Assembly: GCA_963662795.1 (NCBI GenBank)
Contig: OY759746.1
Location: forward strand, 736,001 to 800,000
Origin: Spirochaetia bacterium
GTDB taxonomy: Bacteria; Spirochaetota; Spirochaetia; CADAEX01
Length of the DNA: 64,000 nt
Direction: 5' to 3'
In this document: positions 20,775 through 30,734 of the stretch, piece after piece
Layout: each line of letters starts with the position of its first letter
Position numbering within the stretch: position 1 is the first letter of the stretch
Notes under the pieces: generated by a model
The model's input: the letters and a program-made list of their open reading frames with translations, nothing else
What the model was told of the DNA's origin: nothing
Database searches by the model: none
Made by a program: the position numbers and the translations under genes

Positions 20775-21689
20775 TTACTCATCAAATTTGATTTCTCCGT
20801 ACATCCCTATTTTCAGGTATCCGTCATTTTTAACCGCAATTTTAAGCGCGTATACCTGATTTGCCCTTTCGTTTTTCGTCTGAATAGTCTTCGGTGTAAA
20901 TTCGGCTTTATCAGAAATCCAGACAACCTTACCGGGATACTCTTTCATCGCATCTTGTCCTGAGTCAGAAAAAACCCTAACCGCCTGTCCGATTTTTATC
21001 AGGTCAAGCTGGTCAGAAGTAATGTAGGCGCGGAGAAGCATATTATTGATATCCGCGATTTTGAACAGCGGTTTTCCGGGAGATGCGAATTCCCCCTTAC
21101 GGGAGTATTTAACTAAAACAGTGCCGTCTATCGGAGAAGTTATTTTGCACTTGTTTATCTGATCATCAAGCTGTGCAGTCTGTATTTCGATGGAAGTGCT
21201 CTCTTCAGATATACCCTTATTTGTGTTTTTTATGGTTGCCTTGTTTGCGTCAAGCTGTTTCCCTAAAAATGCTATCTGGGCATTTATATCGTCAAGCTGT
21301 TTACGGGCAGCGGCATTTGATTTAAGAAGTGTCTCAACCCTCTCCTTTTCATTTACAGCGGTTGCAATCTGCTGCTCAATAGCGGAAGTCTGAATATCAA
21401 GATCCATATACCTGCTTTCGACAGCTTTTTTTCCCGCAAGCAGCTGTTTTTTTCTGAGTTCCAGCTGAACGCTGTCTATTGCACCGTAATATTTACCTGC
21501 TTCAAGTGTCTGCCCTTCTTCAATATCAAGCTCAACTATTTTTCCGGTTGATTCTGCCGAAACAATTATCTCTGTAGCTTCAAATGAGCCGGATGCATCA
21601 TAGCCTCCAGTTGAACCGCGGCAGGAAGCAAAATAAAATCCGGTTACGGCAAAAAGTAAAATGGCAAATGGATATTTTAATATTTTCAT
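20775..21689 (-). CDS. HlyD/YbhG-family periplasmic adaptor subunit
   Basis: ASGSFEATE, coiled coil, ITSPIDG, AEFTPKTIQT. Confidence 0.93.
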   Translation of the reverse strand: MKILKYPFAILLFAVTGFYFASCRGSTGGYDASGSFEATEIIVSAESTGKIVELDIEEGQTLEAGKYYGAIDSVQLELRKKQLLAGKKAVESRYMDLDIQTSAIEQQIATAVNEKERVETLLKSNAAARKQLDDINAQIAFLGKQLDANKATIKNTNKGISEESTSIEIQTAQLDDQINKCKITSPIDGTVLVKYSRKGEFASPGKPLFKIADINNMLLRAYITSDQLDLIKIGQAVRVFSDSGQDAMKEYPGKVVWISDKAEFTPKTIQTKNERANQVYALKIAVKNDGYLKIGMYGEIKFDE

Positions 21690-21700
21690 ACTTTAATCCT

Positions 21701-22972
21701 TCAGTTATTGGTAAGATTTTTAAGATTATAAACCGCAAGAAGAAGCTGTATTTCATGCAGGGACTTCTCCTGTGAAGCCGCATCAAAAGCATTGATTTCC
21801 TTTACAAGATCGCTGATTGCAAGTGTACCGCTCTCAACCCTGTTTTCAGCCGCTTTTTTTATTCTTCCCCTAAGCGTAATTATTTCATCATCGTTTTCAA
21901 TCAGTCTTGCAATCTTCCCGGTTTCATTTTCAATCTGATTAATCGAAAGGCTGTTATTAAAGAGGAAGGTTTCTTTTTCTGTCTCAACAGACTTTTTTTC
22001 AATTTCAATAAGCTCATAATCATTCTTAAGTGTATAAAAACCGTTTAAATTCCACAAAGCCCTGATACCCCATATGTAAAAAGGAGAAAATTCGCTGTCA
22101 AGCATGTTAAGGCCGGGCTTACCGTACCCCCCCTGCAGAAAAAACCCTATGCGTGGTGTTAAAGCGGAATAAACTGCGCTCCTGCGGCTTTCGCTTAACG
22201 CCTCTCTGGCTTCAAAAAGATCCATCTCCGGACGGCTTAAGGAATTATTAAAAGACCCTTTTTCCGGCGGCGCAGCTGATGGTTTTTCAAGTATTAAACC
22301 GGGCTGCATTGAAAGCCCTGTCAGCGCAGCAAGCATTTCCATATAGGATTTCTTCGCAGCAGCAAGCTCTATTCTCCTCTGCTCCGCATTGAGAAGTTCA
22401 ACATCAATTAGATCCGCATCGCTCTGGCTTGCTATGCCACTTTGTATATAGGCAGCAACAAGATCACGGTTCCTTTGAAGTTCTTTCTGAAGAATTACAT
22501 TCTGTTTCAGTCTTTCATCAAGCAGCAGTATCCCGAAAAAGACCTGGTTTACCCTGTCTTTAAGTTTATATAATTCAACTTCATTTCTTTGCTTATCAAC
22601 TTCAGAGGCCGCTTTTGTGATTTTCTTTTTTGAGCTGATCATTCCCCCGTCCCAGAGGACCTGGCTTATTTCCGCTGAAGCCTGGTACTGGTCCTTATCC
22701 ATTTCAGAAACATCTGCGCCCGGAAGGGTAAAAGGAAGGGAAGTGACATCTGACTGATATGTTCCCCTGGCAGAAAATGAAATCTGGGGATAATACCCTT
22801 TATCCGCATTGGAAAGATTATATGCTTCAGTCAGGGAGATAAGACCATGCTGGCTCACAAGGGGATAATTCTCTCTCGCTTTCGCATGGCATTCATCAAT
22901 TGTCAGCTGCGGATAGACACGGGCGATTAAAAACATAAATGATAATCCGCACAGTATCGCTTTTTTATTCAT
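21701..22972 (-). CDS. TolC-family outer-membrane efflux protein
   Basis: Signal peptide, ARENYP, QVLWDGG, GYGKPGLN; operon context. Confidence 0.9.
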   Translation of the reverse strand: MNKKAILCGLSFMFLIARVYPQLTIDECHAKARENYPLVSQHGLISLTEAYNLSNADKGYYPQISFSARGTYQSDVTSLPFTLPGADVSEMDKDQYQASAEISQVLWDGGMISSKKKITKAASEVDKQRNEVELYKLKDRVNQVFFGILLLDERLKQNVILQKELQRNRDLVAAYIQSGIASQSDADLIDVELLNAEQRRIELAAAKKSYMEMLAALTGLSMQPGLILEKPSAAPPEKGSFNNSLSRPEMDLFEAREALSESRRSAVYSALTPRIGFFLQGGYGKPGLNMLDSEFSPFYIWGIRALWNLNGFYTLKNDYELIEIEKKSVETEKETFLFNNSLSINQIENETGKIARLIENDDEIITLRGRIKKAAENRVESGTLAISDLVKEINAFDAASQEKSLHEIQLLLAVYNLKNLTNN

Positions 22973-23043
22973 CTCAGGAACCTCTGTTACATTTTAAAAA
23001 ATGATTAACACTTTTTTATTGTCCTCTTTAAATCAACCGGTTT

Positions 23044-23664
23044 TCAGGTCCGCAGGCTTCTTAATACAACTGCAACATTCTCGCTTCTCCTGTTTTCAAG
23101 CAGTTTTTTATAGTCTCTTTCCGACAGCCCCAAAGCAGTTTTGATCACAGGTCCAACCAAAAAAAGGGCAACGTTCATTGAAATGATTGTCAGAAGCAGA
23201 TCGACAGGAGCAACAGGCCTGACTTTCCCTTTTTTAATCTCGTCTTCAAGCTCTTTCTGAAACTGCTTCAATACCGTTACAGGCAGTTCCCTTATTCTGG
23301 ACTTGAAATTCTCAAGCCTGCGGGGATTGGTTGTAAGTTCATTGAAAATTAAAAATGGTAATTCAGGATTGGCGGCAAGCATATCGAAATGAGCCTCTAT
23401 TGCCGCTTTGAGTTTCTCTTCAAAGGGCAATTCATTGTCTGTATTCTGAAGCAGCCCTGAAACAAAAAGCCGAATTTTGTTTTCGAAAACCGCTTCGAAA
23501 AGCCGCTCCTTGGTCCTGAAATAGTAGTGAACAAGCGCCTGATTGCAGCCGGCTTCCTTTGCAATGGCTGTTGTTGATGTGAGGGAAAAACCTCTCTGAA
23601 GGAAAAGGGCTTCCGCGGCTTCCAGTATCGATTTTTCTGTATTGAAATCTTTATTTATCTTCAT
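23044..23664 (-). CDS. TetR/AcrR-family transcriptional regulator
   Basis: ILEAAEALF..GF..T....IAKEAG.NQALVHYYFRTKE. Confidence 0.95.
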   Translation of the reverse strand: MKINKDFNTEKSILEAAEALFLQRGFSLTSTTAIAKEAGCNQALVHYYFRTKERLFEAVFENKIRLFVSGLLQNTDNELPFEEKLKAAIEAHFDMLAANPELPFLIFNELTTNPRRLENFKSRIRELPVTVLKQFQKELEDEIKKGKVRPVAPVDLLLTIISMNVALFLVGPVIKTALGLSERDYKKLLENRRSENVAVVLRSLRT

Positions 23665-23708
23665 ATTTAATAGCTCTATTTAATAGCTCTATTTAATAGC
23701 TCTATTAA
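23665..23708. repeat. 3x13-bp tandem repeat (ATTTAATAGCTCT) with internal palindromes; probable TetR operator array
   Basis: Exact copies at 23665, 23678 and 23691; perfect palindrome TTAATAG-ct-CTATTAA at 23693-23708; abuts the tetR ATG. Confidence 0.8.
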
Positions 23709-23709
23709 T

Positions 23710-23738
23710 AAAATAATAATTTTTCCTCCTTCTGTCAA
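23710..23738 (-). promoter_or_regulatory. sigma70-type promoter of the tetR-efflux operon
   Basis: Minus strand TTGACA-17 nt-TATTTT immediately upstream of the repeat array. Confidence 0.6.
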
Positions 23739-23792
23739 TACTCCGGGATACGAAATTATTTAATGACCAGATTTTCAGGAACAATGAGCTAT

Positions 23793-23824
23793 AAAAAAGG
23801 GGGACTCAATTCTGAATCCCCCTT
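23793..23824 (-). terminator. intrinsic terminator, minus strand
   Basis: AAGGGGGATTCA-gaat-TGAGTCCCCCTT followed by a T run. Confidence 0.75.
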
Positions 23825-24037
23825 AGTGAAAATTACTTTAAGAACTTTCCCACAAACGGGGAAGTATCGCATCTCCTCAGGAAATGACAGGAAGGCCCCT
23901 CCCCCAGGAATTCAGAAAACCACGACTCATGCTCAAGCTTTTTATTGCTGTAATTATTCCGTTCAAATTGTCATAAAATATTGAATCAGACGGGATTTAA
24001 TGGTATTTTGATTTAAATCTATATACCCGGGAGAGCT

Positions 24038-24256
24038 ATGAACAACAAGGTAATTTTTCTAAATGGATTTTCAAAAGAGGAAGCTCTTAAAATTATGAGG
24101 GCTGTAAAAAGTACTATTGAAAACCCTGATGACACAGCTTTCTGCATGGGCACCGAGGCAAACCGCGAGTGGCTGGTGAAAGACCTTATAACAGAAGTCA
24201 GGGAGGAGCATGAATATATGAAAAAAAATCCTCCCGGCAGGAAGAAAAACGAATAA
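24038..24256 (+). CDS. DUF3783-like small protein
   Basis: VIFLNGFS.EE...IMRAVK...T..N.EW....LI.E..EEHEYM pattern; RBS GGAGAG. Confidence 0.75.
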   Translation: MNNKVIFLNGFSKEEALKIMRAVKSTIENPDDTAFCMGTEANREWLVKDLITEVREEHEYMKKNPPGRKKNE

Positions 24257-24262
24257 GCGGTT

Positions 24263-26431
24263 TTATCCTTGCGACAGGGACTTTTTAATCAACTCTTCAG
24301 TTTCAAGAATTATTAGATCAGCATATTCCTCAATATTTGCTATTTTATTACGGTCTACCCTGAAACCGACAGCGCCGGGATGCCCGCCTCCGTTTTCAAT
24401 TTTAAGCTTTTCTATTACCATTCTGAGGTCAAGTTTCCGGTATTTCTGGCTCCGCCTCATACGAAACTGAATCAGGTTTGATTTATCAGATTTGTCATAA
24501 TAAACAACAAGGCTTATATAACCGGAATCTTCGGACAGGACATCAGCAGTATAGCGGGCGGCTGTAATGATCAGTTCCTGTTCATAGCGTGAATAAAGAT
24601 ATTCAGCATCTGCACTTTTTATTATTACATAACCGATATGATCGGATTTTCTTTTATTTTTAATGAAATATCTGTAGCATTCATCCTCTTCATCTGACAA
24701 ACGCTCAAGTTCGTTAAAAATATCACCCATAGTTGAAAAATTACCTGTACTTGAGTTTGTTTTCTGAACAAGAAGATCATTGAAAAGTGTGCTGAAGAAA
24801 GTATAAAACCATTTTTCCCTGTTTGACTTGAGATATTTCCCCATCTTCGAATCACTGATCATCCCTGTCATAACAGAAAGGACAAAATTCCGGGAAAAAA
24901 GATCAGGCATCTGGAATTTTTCAAGAAATGTTTTTTTTGTGCTCAGCTTAAGTGCAAAATACCCTATAAGTTCACAAGTGGAAGATGCTTCATCAACCAG
25001 GCAGTAATCCCTGTCTCCGATATAACCGCTGTCGGCTTCAAGGTGATGGTCAAGTTCGACTTTAATTATTGCGGAATCGGCAATCATACTGCCGATTTTT
25101 CCTCCTCCTTCAAGCATAGAGGGTTTGGGAGTATCAAAAACAAGGATTGCGTCAAAATCTTCAGGTATCTCTTTCTCTGATTCTATAAACCGGATTGAAT
25201 TATATCTGCATATATTAAGAAGGTACGGGAATTTATGGTGTACTTCCCTGTAAAGAACCGGACAGGCTGTTTTTGAGAACTTCGAAAGAAGCAGACTGAA
25301 TGCGACCATTGATGCGATACAGTCTTCATCAGGGTTTTTATGTCCCACAAGGAGAAATTTATCATTTTCTTCAATAACTTTAATTATATTGCGGACAATC
25401 CTGTTCTTTTCAGCGATTGTGGGAATCCTTTTCTTTTTTGAGTTAAAAAAAACAGCTTTTTCCTCAAACAGTACTGCAATATCCCGGCCTTTTTCTTTTG
25501 CCTCATATAGCGCTTTGTCAGTTCGTTCTTTCAGCTTCTCAAGCGTATCAGCATGAGATGGATAAGAGGCGACTCCGATGCTGGCCGTTACCTTTTTAAT
25601 TGTTCCGTTCATATTTTCAAGAATTTTAATCTTTCTTAGATCTTCTACCGCTTTCCTGCAGAGATCAAGAGCTGCAGCAGGTTCGGTATCCGGAAGAATA
25701 AATGTAAACTCATCCCCGCCGTATCTCGCGAGTATGTCCCCGTCCCTGAAAACTGATTTAAAAACAGGCACAGCGGAAAGGAGGACCTTATCGCCGACAG
25801 CCTCTCCATAAGCCTTGTTGAGTTTGCCGAAATTATCAAGATCCACCATAACAAGGGATAAGGGTCTTTTATTGAAATTCGCCTGGGCAAACTTGTCTTC
25901 CAGGGCATCATCAAGGAATCTTCTATTGTAAAGACCGGTAAACTCATCGGTTAATGCCCTTCTACGGGCTTTTTCACCCCATGTAACCATGTCTGATAAA
26001 AACGCGCCTGTATTCTGAAGTCTGACTGTCGCGGTTGTCAGCATTCGGTGCATTATTTTTATTGCTGTTGCGGGACTGTTATCCATCAGATCGAAAAAAT
26101 CAGCCTTGCTGAACTCAAGAAGGTTTGTCTCATCCTTTGTTGTGCAGGTTGCCGAGCGCGGCGCATTCTCAAAAATCGACATCTCCCCGAAAAAGTTGCC
26201 TCCGGTAATTACAGCAATCTCTACCTTGCTCCCGTCCGGTGTATTGACAGTTATGGCAACCTTTCCTTCGACAACAATATACATCTCTTCCCCGATATCG
26301 CCTTCATGAAAAAGTTGTTCTCCCTTCTTTTTCACCAATGTTTTCATCCGGGAATAAATCTGTTCAATTTCATCATTGTCAAGAGAAGAAAGCATGTCAA
26401 TTTTTCTGAGTATTTCAAGGCTGGTATTCAT
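24263..26431 (-). CDS. cNMP-binding / diguanylate cyclase (GGDEF) / DHH-DHHA1 phosphoesterase fusion
   Basis: FFGEMS...PRSAT; MVDLDNFG, RDGD I-site, RYGGDEF; GHKNPDEDC, FDTP, LDHH, GMISDS, GGGHPGAVG. Confidence 0.88.
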   Translation of the reverse strand: MNTSLEILRKIDMLSSLDNDEIEQIYSRMKTLVKKKGEQLFHEGDIGEEMYIVVEGKVAITVNTPDGSKVEIAVITGGNFFGEMSIFENAPRSATCTTKDETNLLEFSKADFFDLMDNSPATAIKIMHRMLTTATVRLQNTGAFLSDMVTWGEKARRRALTDEFTGLYNRRFLDDALEDKFAQANFNKRPLSLVMVDLDNFGKLNKAYGEAVGDKVLLSAVPVFKSVFRDGDILARYGGDEFTFILPDTEPAAALDLCRKAVEDLRKIKILENMNGTIKKVTASIGVASYPSHADTLEKLKERTDKALYEAKEKGRDIAVLFEEKAVFFNSKKKRIPTIAEKNRIVRNIIKVIEENDKFLLVGHKNPDEDCIASMVAFSLLLSKFSKTACPVLYREVHHKFPYLLNICRYNSIRFIESEKEIPEDFDAILVFDTPKPSMLEGGGKIGSMIADSAIIKVELDHHLEADSGYIGDRDYCLVDEASSTCELIGYFALKLSTKKTFLEKFQMPDLFSRNFVLSVMTGMISDSKMGKYLKSNREKWFYTFFSTLFNDLLVQKTNSSTGNFSTMGDIFNELERLSDEEDECYRYFIKNKRKSDHIGYVIIKSADAEYLYSRYEQELIITAARYTADVLSEDSGYISLVVYYDKSDKSNLIQFRMRRSQKYRKLDLRMVIEKLKIENGGGHPGAVGFRVDRNKIANIEEYADLIILETEELIKKSLSQG

Positions 26432-26437
26432 ATTGCA

Positions 26438-27457
26438 CTATCCATCATCATCCCTGTCTTCCGGAAACAGGATAATATTGCCGCCTCTCCCCCTTCCGAT
26501 GAGGGGAAGTTCATGCGCGCATTGTATAAGCTCTTCACTGGCAGATGCATGTTCGGGACAGTGTGCAATGCCAAAGCTTACTGAAAGGAGGAAAGGACTT
26601 CCACCCGCCGCCTCACTCAGGTCCATTTCATGCATAAATGTCATTATCTTTTCTGCCATATCCAAAGCAGCCTCACGTCCAAAGCCGGGAAGAACTACTG
26701 CAAGCTCATTTCCCATATACCGGACAAGAACCGCTTCTTCCGGAATAAAAGAGGTGAGCTCCCTGGAAATAATCCTGAGTGCATGATCTCCTGCTTCATG
26801 CCCGTGAGCATCGTTTATCGCCTTGAAATTATCAGGCTTCAGCATGATGAGTGACAGATTATCTTTATAAGTCTGTTTTGAGAGAATATCCTTCAAATTC
26901 TCCTCAAGCCATATCTTGTTGTAAAGCCCTGTAAGCTTGTCCCTGTAGACCTGCCTGGACAGCTCCTGAACAAGCGGGGAGTTTTCCTTTACAAGAGAGT
27001 TTGCCTTCCTGATCCTGCCTGAAATCTGCATAATAAACTTATGGAGTATTCTTGCGGAAACTTCCGGATACTTTTCCAGCATTTCCTTAAAAAACATCCC
27101 TTTTTTTGGAAAAACAAGAAGGCTTGCGTCTGTATCGGCTGCAGCTGACGCGCTTCTCGGCAGGCCGGTAAGCATATCAAGCTCCCCGAAACAGTCCCCG
27201 CTGACAAACCGGGCAATCTCAATCATTCTGTTTTCATTGTCAGGCTTGTTTATTACAACCTCTCCGCTTTCCACGATAAAAAGGCTTTTACCCTCATCAC
27301 CCAGGGAAAAAATCGGACTACCCTGCTTTAAATCGAGAAAAGAGCTGTTTTTTGCTATAATATCAAGCTCAGGAGCACTGCAGGATGAGAATAGTTCACT
27401 TTCCCTGAGGTGCCTGATTTTTCTGTTTTCAGCGGATTCTGCCATCAATACTCCCAT
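26438..27457 (-). CDS. cNMP-binding protein with degenerate GGDEF domain
   Basis: CFGELD...PRSAS; DKLTGLYN, MLKPDNFK, RYMGNEL. Confidence 0.88.
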   Translation of the reverse strand: MGVLMAESAENRKIRHLRESELFSSCSAPELDIIAKNSSFLDLKQGSPIFSLGDEGKSLFIVESGEVVINKPDNENRMIEIARFVSGDCFGELDMLTGLPRSASAAADTDASLLVFPKKGMFFKEMLEKYPEVSARILHKFIMQISGRIRKANSLVKENSPLVQELSRQVYRDKLTGLYNKIWLEENLKDILSKQTYKDNLSLIMLKPDNFKAINDAHGHEAGDHALRIISRELTSFIPEEAVLVRYMGNELAVVLPGFGREAALDMAEKIMTFMHEMDLSEAAGGSPFLLSVSFGIAHCPEHASASEELIQCAHELPLIGRGRGGNIILFPEDRDDDG

Positions 27458-27593
27458 AAAGGCTGTAGAATTATATTATCAGGCATTTAGTTTAATATGG
27501 CAAGCACAAGAATGCAGATTTAAAGGCTCCCACACCTGCCGCTTAAGAAACTCTGCGGAGATTTTTCAGGAGAAAACCTTTTATAGTGTATAT

Positions 27594-28870
27594 CATAGCT
27601 GTCCAAAATAAAAACAGCAAAGATCTATTAATAGCCTGAAATCCCAACTATAATGAATTAAGCTTGGACGGCTAATTCTTTACAGGAAAAGGAAATCAGG
27701 CAATGAGCTTTAAAGATAGCATATTCAGACAAATACTTCAAATCCTTCCGGGATATGAATTTGAAAAATCTGTAAAAAAGCATAATGGCGACTTCGCTTC
27801 CAAAGGTTTTACCTGTTGGCAGCATTTTGTCTCCATGCTCTTTGCACAACTTTCAGGACAAACAGGATTAAGAGACATTGAAAACTCTTTTGAATCAATC
27901 AGCAACCAGCTTTATCATATGGGTGTAAAAAAGCTCTACATTGTCCTATGCAAATAACAATAGAAGCTGTGAAGTTTATGAAAATGTTTTCACTGATCTT
28001 CTTGATAAGATATTATCCATGAAGAGAGCGCATAAACATAAATTTAAAAACCCTCTTTACAGCGTAGATGCATCAACTATTGATTTGTGCCTTAATCTCT
28101 TTCCCTGGGCAAATTTCAGAAAACATAAAGGCGGAATAAAACTTCATGTGAAACTTGATCACAGAGGTTATATTCCTTCATTTGTATCAGTTACAGCTGT
28201 ACAAACTCATGAAGTCAATTCCCTTAAAAAGATGCAATTCAATAAAGGGGATGTTGTAACTTTTGATCGCGGCTATACTGACTTTAAGTTATTTGCAACT
28301 TATTGCAATACCGGTATTTATTTTGTTACCAAATTAAAAAAGAATGCTGATTATAAAATTGTCCAAAGAAAAGACACTTCCTCTTTCAAAAATATTACAT
28401 CTGATCAGATCATCGAAATGAGTGGATTTTATACCAGTAAAAAATGTCCGTTAAAATTAAGACGAATCAGATCAAAAGATCCTGAAACCGGTAAATATAT
28501 TGTAATTCTTACCAATAATTTTCTTTGGTACCCAACAACAATTGCTGCTATTTACAAAGACAGATGGCAGATTGAAATATTTTTTAAAACTATCAAACAG
28601 AACTTAAAGATCAAGAAATTCTTTGGAACTTCCAGAAATGCTGTAATGACACAAATCTGGATTGCTCTAATTGCTTTTCTGTTACTTCAGTTCCTTAAAA
28701 TGTTTTCAAGCAGAAAATGGACTCATTATTCTTTAATGAAACTGATTCCGACAATTCTTACCGCAAGAAAGGATTTATGGACAATCCTGAATAAACCACC
28801 ATCGAGATCTAATCAAAAAAGTATTTTAATCTTCAACTGGAGCTGTTATGATTTATTTTGAACACCTATG
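27594..28870 (+). mobile_element. IS4-family insertion sequence, copy 1
   Basis: Terminal IRs CATAGCTGTCCAAAATAAA / TTTATTTTGAACACCTATG (2 mismatches); ATAT on both flanks (possible target duplication). Confidence 0.88.
27703..28861 (+). pseudogene. IS4-family transposase, frameshifted near 27930-27945
   Basis: Split ORFs 27703-27957 and 27941-28861; VDASTIDL, FDRGY, YKDRWQIEIFFK; short deletion in KKIKRST relative to copy 2. Confidence 0.9.
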
Positions 28871-28994
28871 ATATCAAGTAATGTTCAACCTGGCAGCGCT
28901 TTCATATTATCAATTTAGGCATTAAAAGATATGATGAATATTTATATTTGTGCTATATAATGTTGTGAAAAAATGATTGACAGGGATATGGATT

Positions 28995-30734
28995 ATGAAG
29001 ATTAAAAGGATTAAAATAAGGATTGTGCTGTATTTTTCCGCAGGATTTATTTTCATAATATTATTGATTGCCGGAATTTCCACATACCTTTTTTCTACTA
29101 CCATGATTTCCCAGATAAGGGCAAATGTCAATCAGAATGTTAAAATGATTGATTTTGAGTTACACTCAGGTATTAGTATGGTTTACGATCTTCAAAGACA
29201 GATTATAAGCAATAGTGATCTGAACGATTACATGAAAATGGCCCAGAACTATAAAGGCGGACCTGATAAAACTGTAAGACAAATATCCGAGTTAATGCGG
29301 GAGTATTCATATAAGACAATTTTTACGAATTCAATACTTATTTTCAACAGAAACGGAATTGTTCTTGATCCCTTTTATCATATGGACCCATATAAAACAA
29401 CAATTGAAGACAACAATGATTTTTATTCATTCGTAAAGTCGGAGAAATTCAGGCAATTTTCACCGCCATCTATTTTTCCAATGCCTTTATATTTCAAAGA
29501 AATAAACGGCAAAAAAAACATAGCATTTTATGTTCAGTATCTTGATAATGAAAATTTCAGAAATCTCGGATACCTTGCGATAAACATTAGAAACAGTTTT
29601 TTATTTGAAAATATTGAAAAACATTATTCTGACATTTTTGACGAAATACTTATATATGATAAACAGGGCAATTCAATATTTTCAATGACAGATAAATCAT
29701 TTTACTTTTACAGAGGAAGCAGAAAATACCTTGTATTTGAAAAAAATGTTACAGCTTATCCCGACTGGACAATTGCTGTGGCAATTTCGAATTCCACTTT
29801 TTTTGCCGTGGTGAAAAAAGTCCTCATAAGTATTTATTTAATCAGTATAGTAAGTTTCATAATGGCAATCTTGATAAGTTTTTATATTTCCAGCAATGTT
29901 TCAGTGCCAATTGATAATATAAATTCTGCAATTAACTATTTCAAATGCACGAACAATTGGCCGGATCCTGTAACCTGCAGGACAGAAGATGAAATGAGTT
30001 ATCTGGTCAATGGCATAAATGAATTATTTATAAGCATGAAGAAACTTGTCACACAAATTCATGAAGAACATGAAGAGAAAAAGATGGCGGAAATCAAGGC
30101 AGTCCAGCTCCAACTGCAATTGCTTCAGTCGCAGATTAATCCCCATTTTATTCATAATACACTTAATGCAATTGAATGTATTGCGCTTGAGAGGAAAGTA
30201 TATGACCTGTCTGAAATGATAAATTCACTGAATATCTTATTCAGGAACAGCATGGCTATAGAGAATATCTATAATACTGTTGCTGACAGCATCAGAACAG
30301 TGGAAGCTTATATTAAAATAATGAAAATTCGATATGGTGACAGTTTTAATTACAGAATATCTGTGGATGAAAGTTTGAGAGACTGTTTGATTCCAAAATT
30401 GCTTATGCAGCCAGTTGTTGAAAATGCCTTGTTCCATGGTTTACAGCCGAAAACCGGGTTGGGACTTTTGACACTTGCTGTAACAGATGAAGATGGTATG
30501 ATAGTTATCAGGATCGAAGATGATGGCGTGGGAATAAACGAACATACCATGAAAAATAATTTAAAAAAAGATAAAAGTGGTTTAACAGGAATAGGGATGA
30601 GCAACATTGTTGAAAGGCTAAAATATTGCTATAATGGCCAGGGGGGGATAGAAATATTTACCCAAAAGGGTGTTGGGACAACAGTAGTTATAACACTACC
30701 TAAAAAACCATTCAAAGAGTTACAGATTGTCTGA
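28995..30734 (+). CDS. sensor histidine kinase, YesM/LytS-type (2 TM, HAMP)
   Basis: LQSQINPHFIHNTL, QPVVENALFHG, IEDDGVG, GIGMSNI. Confidence 0.93.
   Translation: MKIKRIKIRIVLYFSAGFIFIILLIAGISTYLFSTTMISQIRANVNQNVKMIDFELHSGISMVYDLQRQIISNSDLNDYMKMAQNYKGGPDKTVRQISELMREYSYKTIFTNSILIFNRNGIVLDPFYHMDPYKTTIEDNNDFYSFVKSEKFRQFSPPSIFPMPLYFKEINGKKNIAFYVQYLDNENFRNLGYLAINIRNSFLFENIEKHYSDIFDEILIYDKQGNSIFSMTDKSFYFYRGSRKYLVFEKNVTAYPDWTIAVAISNSTFFAVVKKVLISIYLISIVSFIMAILISFYISSNVSVPIDNINSAINYFKCTNNWPDPVTCRTEDEMSYLVNGINELFISMKKLVTQIHEEHEEKKMAEIKAVQLQLQLLQSQINPHFIHNTLNAIECIALERKVYDLSEMINSLNILFRNSMAIENIYNTVADSIRTVEAYIKIMKIRYGDSFNYRISVDESLRDCLIPKLLMQPVVENALFHGLQPKTGLGLLTLAVTDEDGMIVIRIEDDGVGINEHTMKNNLKKDKSGLTGIGMSNIVERLKYCYNGQGGIEIFTQKGVGTTVVITLPKKPFKELQIV

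Noticed and set aside
23763-23984. 73-aa plus-strand ORF
   Set aside because: No RBS or recognisable motif, and it spans a terminator hairpin
27703-28861. Programmed frameshift in the IS4 transposase
   Set aside because: Copy 2 reads through this point in frame (KKIKRSTLSY), so the break is a deletion
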